Positions 37,168 to 48,405 are shown, counted from the stretch's first letter. The stretch: 56,494 nt of DNA from Octopus bimaculoides (GCF_001194135.2 NC_068996.1:8978353-9034846), one strand, 5' to 3'. Notes: generated from the letters alone by a model not told the origin. Made by a program: numbers and translations.

Positions 37168-39191
37168 AACAGGAGGTTTCTATCACAGAGCTAGGGATGG
37201 TCTCAAGTGGTTGATATCAGAAGAGTTAAAAGTAAATATCACAATCTGCTTATTTTGTTACTCTACCAATTTACCATTTCTTCAAATCTATAAATTATTA
37301 ATAACAAATAGTTACTGATACCACCATCTTGTTAGGAAATTTGTTGATTGTATGTCACAAAGTTTATTTAATTCTCCCCTAATGGCAGTTGACGGGCAGA
37401 ATCTCTGGAGTGTCAGATAAGTGCTTTGTGGCATTTGTTCTAGTTCTTTTGCATTCTGAGTTCAAATCTCTCATCAAGATCAACTTTGTATCTTATCTTC
37501 ACAGGGTCAATAAAATAATGTAGCTGGGTGGATGATAAGGTGAGACAATAAACTGTTTCTTCCCCCCTCCCACCCATCAACCCACCATAAATTTCTGGTC
37601 TTATGTCTATGTTAGAAATTCTTGTTTTATTTACAGATTCTGTGTATGTGTATAAGAACATGCAAAATACTAGGACAAGAATGTCTTTACTTATTACATC
37701 TCCATCTGTCTGCAGGATTAAAGAAACATATTTTGGGGGCTAATGCCTGTTTCTTCGTGGATGGAGGAAGAGAGAGAGGTGAGGATGGAATAGGTGATGC
37801 TTGTATTTAATATGTGCTTGCATCAAAGATAGAATATTGCCTCAAATGGTTCATAGCCAAACCACAAATATGATAAAAGAAGATAGGATAGTTATGAAAG
37901 ACTGGGTTACGTTGACTGAACTATGTCATGAAAACATATCTATATGGAAATACTGTTGCACAGATTCCGTCTTACCTATTCCAGTATGGAAGATAGTGGC
38001 AATAGCAACCACAGAAATAACAATGCCAAAATTGGTAATAACTTCTAATTCTATGTCATGTTAGGTCTTCTTTAGATTCAGTTCTAGGGCATAAACTGGG
38101 TTTTTGTTACTTGAAAGAAGCAGTGCTTCTTGTTACCCATTTAGTGTTTGTAATCTCTAGGCCTCCAGACCAAACACTAAATACTACACACAATTCTATC
38201 TCCTAAGAGCTTTGACCCTCTTTAATCCCCTCTCTAAACATGTTTTTTTTTAACCCCTACAGGCATCAACTTGCAACTGTTTTAAAAAAAACATTATTGA
38301 GCATTCCATTCTTGGTGGGCCTGTAGAGGCTATGGCATGGCCCCTTTCCTACAGACTATTCCAATCATATATCTATATACTGATTCATTCTTCATTCTCT
38401 TCTGAATGTGAGAAACCATAAAGCTCCTCTACAAGGACCTGCCTTTCCCTATTCCTTCTCTCATACCTTAATCCTTATCTGGTACATAAAGCCACCCCAC
38501 TCCTTGGGTTCCATAGGCTTGCAAGATGCATGGTGGCTTTATTAGTTTGTGCTGGTAATATGAGATAAGCCCCCAGTGCACACTGTAAAGTGGTTGGGGG
38601 TGTTAGGAAGTGCATCCAGCTATAAAATCTCTGCCAGAGCAGACACTGGAACATGATACAGTCCTTGGACTCATTGGATCTTGTGAAACCATCCAAACCA
38701 TACCAGCATGGAAGATAGATGTTAAACAATAATTATGATGGTCATTTTAGAGTAGACACAGGGAATTAGGTGAATTCTGAAGTAGAGGGGGAAATCCTTG
38801 TAACAATCTTAGTTCCATAGAAACTGTGGCATAGAGTTAAATATGAGCCAAATTTATTTTCAATCTCACCTTGCCATCTTGTTAAAAAACAAGCACAAAT
38901 CTGGTCCTACAATCCTTGCATATTGGGAAAAGTTGGGAGGGCCATGGTTAGTCCTGCTCAGTCAGGGCTAGTTGGTCTGAACAATAACTACCATCACCAT
39001 GGTTTGGTATTGTTGTTGTTGTTGTTAATGATGGCAGTAGTAGTGTCAGTGGCAATAATGATTTTTCTCTGTTAACTTCAACTAATTTCATTTCAGTTAA
39101 AAGAAAAGACAAAAACAAAGCAAACACAAAAAAAAAACACCAAAATAAAACAAAACAAAGCAACTTCCCTCTTCTTCTTTCTCCCTCCCAG

Positions 39192-39260
39192 CCTCTTTAA
39201 AGTACATAAACTCTGGTATAGCCAATAACTTCCCTGGGGCAGGGAAGGGGTTACATTCAG
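39192..39260 (+). CDS. Candidate 69-nt internal exon (phase 1-1), product unknown
   Basis: Long pyrimidine tract cttccctcttcttctttctccctcccag, donor CAG|gtaaca, a single open frame SLKYINSGIANNFPGAGKGLHS; no homologue recognised. Confidence 0.25.
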
Positions 39261-39338
39261 GTAACAGTACTGCTGCATTGATAGGATTAGTTAGTAATCA
39301 CATGATTACTTCTATCACATGTCACATGGCAGCTGTCA

Positions 39339-39430
<92 letters not shown>
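39339..39430. repeat. Compound (TAT)n(TGT)n microsatellite
   Basis: TAT run switching directly to a TGT run. Confidence 0.97.
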
Positions 39431-39431
<1 letters not shown>

Positions 39432-39894
39432 ATAGCCTGACCCTTCTCTCATTCACACTCCTAATAAAGTCAGACTTTGAGTAGGTGGTGAAAAAAAAGG
39501 ATTTTTTTTTTCTTACTTCTTGCAGGGATGGGTGGTTGGGTGTTCCCTGTTTATTTATTTATTTATTTATTTATTTAATTTATTTTTTTAATCCATCCCC
39601 CCCTTCCAACACTATACCTTTCCTGTCCTTCTATTCTCTCTTATCCATTCTACAACTACCTTTACCACAATCGTCACCGTCACAACCACCACCAACTAAA
39701 AGCTACCACTGCTTTGAACATCACTGCCTAGAATGAGTGCAAGTACAAGCCAACAAGAGTGGCAAAGTCTGATTTTTTAAATAGATTGTAAAAGGTTTGA
39801 TTTCTTGAGAGTGGAGGTAAGAGGAGATTTAGTGTTACCCCCAACCCTGATTCCACCTTCACTCTCTTTATATTCTCTCTTGTCTAATATACCT

Positions 39895-40225
39895 TTGGCA
39901 AACTGGCAGAATCGTTAGCACTCTGGGTAAAATGCTTAGCAGCATTTCTTCTGAGTTCAAATTCTGCCAAGGTTGACTTTGCCTTTAATCCTTTAGTTAC
40001 ATACTGAGGTTGATATAATCAACTAACTCTCACCCTTAAATTTCAGGTCTTGTGCCTTTAGTTGAAAGGGCTATTATTATTATTGCATGACAATTGACTT
40101 TGGCTTTCATCCTTTCAGGGAAGATAAATTTAGTACCAATGAAATACTGGGGTAGATGCGATTAGCTATCCCCTCCCCACAAATTCCAGGTCTTGCACCT
40201 ATAGTAGAAAGAATTATTATTATTT
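39895..40225 (+). mobile_element. Two tandem family D SINEs
   Basis: Family D head/body with (ATT)n tails at about 40075 and 40220. Confidence 0.8.
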
Positions 40226-40354
40226 TTTTAGGGGGTGATTTGAGGAAGATGTGACTACTATTTTGAGCAGGTAGAATGATGGCCAGTTAGAAGGCCCTCC
40301 CACAGATCATTTGTGTATATGTGTAGTTGGTTAGTTTGTTTTTCCTAATTATCT

Positions 40355-40578
40355 TTAACCCTTTAGCATTCAAAACCAACAATATCTGGCCCAATTATTC
40401 TACCTGTTTTATGTTCAAACTGGTCGGATCTGGCATCTCACACTTATCCTACAATGTCATTCTGAAAATATTCAATCATATTGAAATCTTGAAGCTACAA
40501 GATAATGCATGATTAATTCAAAACTGAGAATAAATAAGCATCACATTTGACAAAATAATTTGAATGCTAAATGGTTAA
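40355..40578. mobile_element. TTAA-type MITE (family E), both TTAA intact
   Basis: TTAA-CCCTTTAGCATTCA ... TGAATGCTAAATGG-TTAA. Confidence 0.85.
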
Positions 40579-41199
40579 ATTTTTCCTTATCCATTCTACC
40601 GCCTTCTAGAATCACTGCAACCAGCATTATGGTCTCCTCTTCACACGTAGGAAAGTCTTACGTTCGGTATGAAGTAGAAGTTTTTTTGTTTTGGGTTTAT
40701 GTTTTTAGGTCTATGGTGTATTGGAGTAGTTTTGTTGTTGCTTTGTCTAACCCCCAAGTTATCTATCATCAAGTACCCTTATAGCAAAAGACGTTCCAAC
40801 CAGAACCATTTTGTTTTTTTTGTGAGTTGTAGGTGATTTGGCTATTGTTATTAGCATGCAGAGCAACAATGCAGAGTCCCACCACCTTCCTCTTCCCTGA
40901 CTTATCATGTGTCTGCATATCATAAACCATTCTACCATAAATGCCAACAGCGTCTCAAAANNNNNNNNNNNNNNNNNNNNNNNNNNNNNNNNNNNNNNNN
41001 NNNNNNNNNNNNNNNNNNNNNNNNNNNNNNNNNNNNNNNNNNNNNNNNNNNNNNNNNNNNNNNNNNNNNNNNNNNNNNNNNNNNNNNNNNNNNNNNNNNN
41101 NNNNNNNNNNNNNNNNNNNNNNNNNNNNNNNNNNNNNNNNNNNNNNNNNNNNNNNNNNNNNNNNNNNNNNNNNNNNNNNNNNNNNNNNNNNNNNNNNNN

Positions 41200-41232
<33 letters not shown>

Positions 41233-41455
41233 ATATATATATGTATGTATTTGTATGTCTGTGTTTTCCTCCACCATCGCTTGGCAACCAATGCTGGTGT
41301 GTTTACGTCCCTGTAACTTAGCGATTCAGCAAAAGTGACCAATAGAATAAGTAGTAGTCGTACAAAGAATAAGTCCTGGGGTCGATTTGTTCAACTAAAG
41401 GCAGTGCTCCAGCTTGGCTGCAGTCAAATGACTGAAGCAAGTAAAAGAATAAAAG
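41200..41455 (+). mobile_element. Family A SINE 3' half after a gap
   Basis: (TA)n then catcgcttggcaacc...gcagtcaaatgactgaagcaagtaaaag. Confidence 0.88.
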
Positions 41456-41722
41456 GATATAAGCATTCATTTATTTATTTTGATTGTTTTTACATATATT
41501 TTTTATTTATTACTTTTCTTTGGTTCTTTGTTGATTGGTCTGTACTGTAAATTTGGACCTGAACATAAGTAATTTAAAGATGTTGGGAGACTTCCATGTG
41601 GAATTTTCTATAGCTCAGTAGGTTAGGCTCTTCAACCAACAGCAGCCAGTCACCTGTGAAATACAAGGTAGCACCTGTTTCTCAGTTCAATAACTCCATA
41701 ACATTTGTAACAACAAATATAA

Positions 41723-41756
<34 letters not shown>

Positions 41757-42245
41757 TGCAGATGAAAGTGAAGCTGATGATTATTAATAATAATTGAGAA
41801 TAATTGCTGATATCATTAATAATTAGTAATAGTTACCATTATTATCATGGAATAAATTAAGGTAACTAGCTGGCAGAATCATTAGCACTTGGGGTAGAAT
41901 TCTTGGCAATATTTGGACCATCATTATATTTCAAGCTCAAATTCTGCTTCTGCTAAGGTCCACTTTGCCTATCATCCTTTCAGGATTGGCAAAATAAAAG
42001 CCAGTTGAGCACTGATCACAATCTAATCAACTTGCACCCCTCACCAGAAATTGCTAGCCTTGTGCCAAAAATTTGAAATTATTATTATTATTATTGAATA
42101 AGTTAAGGCGGTAAGTTTCCAGAATTATTAGCGGTATTTTGTTTGTCTTTACATTCTGATAATACAGTTCTTTATTTAAGAGATGAAGAGTTATATACAT
42201 TATTTACATTATTTACGGATATTTGTTCTCATTTTGTTTGTTGTT

Positions 42246-42291
42246 AACACAACATTTCAGCTGATATACCCTCCAGCCTTCTTCAGGTGGC
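42246..42291 (-). ncRNA. Degenerate minimal type-I hammerhead ribozyme motif
   Basis: Minus strand GCCAC-CTGAAGA-A-GGCTG(GAGGGTATAT)CAGCT-GAAA-TGT-T-GTGTT; stem III palindrome damaged (ATGT). Confidence 0.5.
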
Positions 42292-42343
42292 TTGGGGAAA
42301 TTTCGAATCTGGGTTCTCATTCCTAAGGTATTTTTCAATGTTG

Positions 42344-42383
<40 letters not shown>

Positions 42384-42389
42384 CATTCA

Positions 42390-42452
42390 GGCATAGTGGT
42401 TAAGAGCATGGGCTACTAACTCCAAGATTCCAAGTTCGATTCCATGCAGTGA

Positions 42453-42456
<4 letters not shown>
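42390..42456 (+). promoter_or_regulatory. tRNA-derived internal Pol III promoter (A and B boxes)
   Basis: GGCATAGTGGTTAAGAGC (A-box-like) and GTTCGATTCC (B box, 42434-42443) at tRNA-like spacing. Confidence 0.7.
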
Positions 42457-42529
<73 letters not shown>

Positions 42530-42576
42530 TCGAAAAATACCTTAGGAATGAGAACCCAGGTTTGAAATTTCCCCAA

Positions 42577-42622
42577 GACACCTGAAGAAGGCTGGAGGAT
42601 ACACCAGCTGAAACGTTATGTT
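42577..42622 (+). ncRNA. Minimal type-I hammerhead ribozyme motif
   Basis: GACAC-CTGAAGA-A-GGCTGG(AGGATACA)CCAGCT-GAAA-CGT-T-ATGTT: core boxes, 6-bp stem II, palindromic ACGT stem III; first stem I pair is a C-A mismatch. Confidence 0.6.
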
Positions 42623-43075
42623 AACAACAAACAAGATGAGGACAAATATCCATCAAATGTAAATAATGTACATAATTCCACTGAGGTCAACTTTGCCTTT
42701 CATTCTTTTGAGGTTGATAAAATAAGTACCAGTTGAGCATTGGAGTTGATCTAATCAACTTTGCCCCTTCCCTGAAATTGCTAGCCTTGTACCAAAATCT
42801 GAATCCTTTATTATTTTTGAATAAATTGTTTTTAACATAATTTAGAAACTGACAGTCATGAATTAAATCATTTTCAGTGAGGAAAGCTCAAAGTAGATAA
42901 AGGTTTTATTTAATAGTATGCATATATTTGGGTTAAAGCCCTTTTGAATGGAAAAAAGTCAACGGCTGCCTGACACTTGACATCAGCATCTTGTTAGACA
43001 TTCTAATATGACAGATGTTCTATCATTGAACCAAAGTAATCTTTCATATTTTTCTTTAACACAGCAGCCTTACTG

Positions 43076-43078
<3 letters not shown>

Positions 43079-43159
<81 letters not shown>
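43079..43159. repeat. Compound (TG)n(AG)n microsatellite
   Basis: TG run followed by an AG run. Confidence 0.97.
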
Positions 43160-43161
<2 letters not shown>

Positions 43162-43164
43162 AAG

Positions 43165-43375
43165 TATCAGGTGTCCATAACTGATGGGCTAAGGTAACAT
43201 TCTTCATTTAGATTTCAAAACGTCCACAGAAGATTTGTGCAGTTCCAAGCAATGCTGCTTTCTGTAGACGTTCTACCTTCACATTTACTGCTATCTTTTC
43301 AGTTCAGTCTATGAGCTTGTTACTTATAGTACGCAAGACACCTCCAATAACAAATACAAGGCTCACCTTCTTCAA
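43165..43375 (-). mobile_element. R4/Dong-like (restriction-like endonuclease) LINE 3' end
   Basis: Reads KKVSLVFVIGGVLRTISNKLID*TEKIAVNVKVERLQKAALLGTAQIFCGRFEI*, matching the 'V.V.PVVIGALG...LQK.ALLGTA.IL' C-terminus of R4/Dong/NeSL-type ORFs. Confidence 0.8.
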
Positions 43376-44313
43376 TGACCATTATTAACAAATATAAAGT
43401 AACTGTGATGCTAGCATAATTTGAAATGTACTACTTCTATAGTCATTTTTAACCTTGTACAAAACGTCTTGCACTTTTTTGTTTTTTTTTACTTTCTTCA
43501 GTTACTGGTTCTGGAGTAAGAAGTAGTGCTTGTAGCCTTCACAGGCTCTGTGAGACCAGTGAAATTAATGCTATTAATCCTCTGCTTAATCTAACCAAAA
43601 TATCGTGAGTGGATTTGGTAAACATAAAGTGAAAGAAGCCCTTCACATGTATATATGTGTGTGTGTGTTGATGTCTTTTTCTCAACATCACTTGATAAGT
43701 GTAAAAAAAAAAAAAAGTCATACAATCGTACAAGTTGTATCCTTCATTTCCAATCTTCAGTGAAAAAACATGTCTGGCCATGGAGAATATTTCCTTACTT
43801 GGAAACAGGTGAGAGCAGGCATCAAGAAGGGCATCCAACCTTAGGAAATCTACCTCAAGGGATTTTGTCCAGCACATGCAAGCCTGGATAAGTTAGTATT
43901 AAAATGATAACAGCACCAAGAGTTATAAAAAACGTTGTCACCAACTTCTCTTACATAACAGCATGTGATGTTGTTGTTGTTGTTGTTTTTGTTGTTTAGT
44001 TCCTGGTGAATCTTCAATGATCAGACTTGTGACCAAGTGAATTTCTGCAGTGATGACCCTTTCTTTTCTATAGACATAGGTAATCTCTTTGGTTCTTTTA
44101 TTTCTTTAGGTTGTAGAATATGGCTTGAAGAAGATTTAGTTGCTTTTTTTAGCAACCAAATCTCAGAATTCTTCCTGCATTGGCATCTTAATGTTGTTAA
44201 TAACCATACCTTGTTCACGTATTTATGGTAAAGTAGCAGAAATGATAGGGACCATTCATGTGTGCGCTTGTGTGCTTAAAATCATATAAACTTACGCTCG
44301 TGTATGTGTGTCA

Positions 44314-44353
<40 letters not shown>

Positions 44354-44487
44354 CAGATGCACACACTTGCTTGGAGTCATGCATGTAATAACAAGGTATG
44401 TATATGCATGTGAGCAGATACTTGCATGCATGTAGAAAGATGCAAACATATGTACAGGTACACATACGTGTGCGTGTGTGTATGTAT

Positions 44488-44527
<40 letters not shown>

Positions 44528-45042
44528 TAGCCATTCTTGTTGAAACATCTCTAAATACCCGTTATCTAACATCTCATTAACCAAGATGTGGAGCATTAAA
44601 AAACCAAATTAGAACGAAATATGCAGTGAGAAAGAAAAAAAAATTAGTTGATGATTAATAGGCTTTTGTGTGTGTGTGTGTGTGTGGAGGGGGGACACCA
44701 CCATTACCACCACCACCATCACCACCATCAATTTTCTACAAATATGAAAAATAACTCAGGATAAGTTTCTGGGTTAGGTTTTGTTGTTGTTGTTGTTTAT
44801 GCTTTTTAAGCTTCATCAGCAGAAATATAAGTTCTCACTTGCAGTAAACTCACCAGAACTGGCAACAGACAAATCGCTGAGTCAGCTGACAGAAATGTAC
44901 GTTTTTATTGGCATAGAGAAAGGAAAAGGAAATTGTTTAAAAATTAAATAATTACGAGATGCTATCCACAATATAAATAGTAGTTAAATAGATGTCAGCA
45001 TATTTAATGCTCAGAACATTTGAAGAGTTGAAATAGAATAAA

Positions 45043-45150
45043 ATATTTAATTTGGTCATGACTAATATTGCAGTGGATTGTTTGCTACTTACCACTTTGG
45101 CAGATTGCAGCAAGGTTACGTGTTTTGCTGATGACATCAAAATAAGACAG
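45043..45150 (+). mobile_element. Possible decayed non-LTR reverse transcriptase catalytic fragment
   Basis: IFNLVMTNI...CSKVTCFADDIKI contains an FADD motif (45124-45135) in a CR1-like context; short match only. Confidence 0.35.
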
Positions 45151-46097
45151 GAACAAATCCAGAGTCATCTCCCTTATTTACCATTTGGGTAGTGGATGAA
45201 GGACATAGCTTAATTTAATTTAATTTTTCTCATTTGCATGTCATTGAAAGAGGTTCTTCTATGTCACTGTAGTATTAATATTATTCTTAATAGCATGTGC
45301 ACCCACATGTTATCGGCAGTTATGGGAAAAAGCCTTGTACCAAACAAAGACTCTATGGCAGTCTTATTGTAACCACTGATGTCATTAGAGGGAGATACCT
45401 GCTTGTTTTCAGGCTGAGATCAAAGCAAGAACAGTTTAGTGATACATTCCAAAGACAGCCCAGCATAGATATGCATGATTTGGCAGTCTGTTCAGCTGAG
45501 ACTTACATCAACCAGCCCTTTACAGACATGAGATGTCACCTCTCAAAAGACTATGCAGGATAGTGATGGGTGACATTATCAAACTGAGTAAATGCAGGTT
45601 GGCTTGTTAGTGATTAAATTTTTAATGTCTGTTGCCATCACAATCATCATCATCATTGTCACCATCACCATCATCTCCATTATTACTATCACCACCACCA
45701 CCACCGTTATCATCATCACCAGCATCACCCTCATCATCATTTTTATGTCTACTCTTTCATGTTGGCATGAGCTGGATGAAACTTTCTGAACTTGTAGTTT
45801 ACGGCTAGATGCTCTTCCTGTTGCCAACCTCTTTTTAATCCAATCTTACAACATGCAGGTGTACAGTGTCTCTATGGCAAAATGTGGGCTAAAGGTAGAT
45901 AAATGATGGTGTCTCAGGAATCAGTATGATTCACAATGTTGTTCATTAGCTACACCAGCATCATTTTCTCCCCCATTCCCTTCAGACATTGGTGAGATTT
46001 GAACTCCGAAAGTGGAGCTGGAAGAAATCTTATGCATTTTTGTGCAGAGTTGGTAAAGGATTTATCTGCCAGCTCCACACCTACTTATATGTATGTA

Positions 46098-46130
<33 letters not shown>

Positions 46131-46291
46131 CAACAAATAAGTGACATGAGAGAATAGATGATTTTCATTTGTTTACAGCTGTTTCATAATCTTGTTAGTT
46201 ATATGATTAATAGATGCCACATCACTATTAACACGCATATAAATTATAAATATGCAAACGCATAAATATAAATATACAAATGTTATATACA

Positions 46292-46462
46292 TCCTCATCA
46301 TCATTTAGCATCCATTGTCCATGCTGGTATGGGTTGGACAGTTTGACCAGGGCTGGCAAGGCTGGAAGGCTGCACCAGACATCAGTCTGATTTGGCATGG
46401 TTTCTATGGATGGATGCCCTTCCTAACACTAACCACGCTGAGAGTGTAATGGGTGCCATTTG
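46292..46462 (-). mobile_element. Family C retroposon (older copy)
   Basis: catcatcatttagcatccattgtccatgctggtatgggttggac...ggatgcccttcctaacac. Confidence 0.8.
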
Positions 46463-46581
46463 TGTTGACTTTTCAAAAGGTCCCTCAATCAGTAAACTCA
46501 GTTTAGCTTGGTTCAGGTATAATGCATTTCGTTATTTGCCTGTAGCTGTTTGCATACAGGATTTTGTGGTTTTGAATAATG

Positions 46582-46612
<31 letters not shown>

Positions 46613-46669
46613 CAAATGAGATAAAAAATCCAAGGCTATGCAAGATTTCAGAACATTTAGAAAGAGAAG

Positions 46670-46717
46670 GTCTTACAGTTGTTTCCGGGATATTTTATAT
46701 ATCCCTTCATCAGAGAC
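46670..46717 (-). ncRNA. Minimal type-I hammerhead ribozyme motif in a Penelope-like remnant
   Basis: GTCT-CTGATGA-A-GGGATAT(ATAAA)ATATCCC-G-GAAA-C(AACT)GT-A-AGAC: stem I 4 bp, stem II 7 bp, GUA cleavage triplet. Confidence 0.7.
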
Positions 46718-47479
46718 AGTGCGAGAAAATGGTTAAGCAACAGTTATTATAGAGAAGATATGAAATAGAGAGTGAAGTGGAGGAAGGAAAACAGACTTGA
46801 GATATAGAAGGATATTGTTCCATTATTTAAGCAGAATGGTGTATATATATAAGTTTCCTGTACCTTGTGTGTGGCTTCCAGTGTTGCTTATAATTGGTCA
46901 TATATGAGAGAGAGTAGTGTAGGTCCTGATAGGATTGAAAATTGGTGTATTTCCAAATGCAGCAATGAACCAAAACTCTTGGCTGTCTATTCTCTTATTC
47001 TGGAACTGACTAAATTTGAAAGTCCACTGATGCAGAAACTCCAGGTACATCACTAGTTGAAGCTGTAATAATTACAACTTTGTAATATTGAGACAGACTT
47101 CAATGGAAATATTTACCTTTTGGTCTGCCTAGTTTGGGAACACCTGTTACTCCATGTGAAACTTACTTTGATTGGCCAGCATTCAAGCTGTTCTTATTTA
47201 GAAGTAATATATTCATGACTACTTAATTGAATAGCCTTACTCATTTCTAAAAGGATCAGCTAAAATTTGAATGAGATTTTGGCTGTTAGTTCTAGCAAGT
47301 TGGATGACCATGCAGAGACTACATTGTTGACTAATGAAACTGGAATCTAGTGAATACTTGTGATTCTTTGTGGTTTGCATTGGCTCTTTTGAATCTGATT
47401 TGGTTATTAAGTATGCAAAGGCTTTACTTCCCAGTTTGTTATCATATTATTTTCTAACAATTAATAGTTAATGATGATG

Positions 47480-48360
47480 ATGATGATAATAATAATAATA
47501 ATAACAACAATGGTTTTAAATGTTGACTCCAAAAGGATGAAAGGTAATGTTGACCTCAGTGGAATTTGAACTCAGAATGTAAAGATGGATGAAGTACTGC
47601 AAAGCATTTTGCCTGGCATGCTATCGATTCTGCCAGCTTGCTGCCCTTATAATAATAATAATAATAATGATGATAATAATAATAATAGTAATAATAATAA
47701 CAATAATAACAATAATCCTTTCTACTAAAGGCATAAGGTCTAAAACTTTAGGGGAGGGAACTAGTTGATTACATTAATCCCCAGTGTTTCACTGGTACTT
47801 AATTTATCGAACCCAAAAGGATGAAAGGCAAAGTCGACCTTGGTGGAGTTTGGACTCAGAACGTGAATAATAATGATGATAATAATAATCCTTTCTATTC
47901 TAGGCACAAGGCCTGAAATTTGGTGCTTAATTTATTGACCTCAAAAGAGTGAAAGATAAAGTTGACCTCGGCGGAATTAATGATAATAATAATATCAATA
48001 ATAATAATAATAGTAATAATAAGAGCACTCAGAGACCACAAGCCTCCACCAAGGCAACATCAGTGTACTCTCAATGATTTTAAAATGGGAGTATCTGAAA
48101 TAAACTCGACTGCTCTCACAAATAAGAATACTAAAAATTAACCTGACCACTCTCAAAAATTAAGTAAAAAAACCAGAAATATAATCCAGAATCCTTGTCC
48201 AATACTGTATCAATCCCAAAATCTAATCAGTTTGTGCCAGTTACGAGGCCAAACATTCATGAAAATTCCATCCGAATCCATCCAGAGGTTCTTAAGGTAT
48301 TTTGTCCACAGACAAACAAACACGACTGAAAACAATACCTTCACCTTTGCTAAGGCGGAG

Positions 48361-48405
<45 letters not shown>

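Larger units (their letters stand above)
1969..41199. other. Eleven assembly gaps (N runs)
   Basis: 1969-2273, 3267-3366, 6427-6436, 8441-8531, 10194-10314, 19679-19688, 21291-21922, 28111-28402, 30663-30851, 34033-34079, 40961-41199; many abut microsatellites or SINEs. Confidence 0.99.
42160..42674 (+). mobile_element. Inverted-repeat non-autonomous element with central tRNA-like head and hammerhead-bearing arms (Penelope-type)
   Basis: Arms at about 42197-42341 and 42526-42672 are reverse complements (about 90% by eye), followed inward by (TTA)n/(AAT)n and a tRNA-like core at 42390-42456. Confidence 0.75.
41862..42815 (+). mobile_element. Two family D SINEs, the second split by the 42160-42674 element
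   Basis: The D body breaks at ...ctttacattctga (about 42159) and resumes at aattccactgaggtcaactttgcc (about 42675). Confidence 0.8.

Noticed and set aside
37976-38050. Apparent minus-strand TM exon (EVITNFGIVISVVAIATIFHTGIG) with a GTAAGA donor
   Set aside because: The donor and 3' end are a decayed family C-type tail (ttccatgctggcatgggttagacgg); the rest is low-complexity.
18968-47044. A single plus-strand gene model chaining the candidate exons (18968, 25887, 31067, 39192, 40610, 46963)
   Set aside because: One member is repeat-derived, phases do not join consistently, and the chained peptide resembles no protein I recognise.
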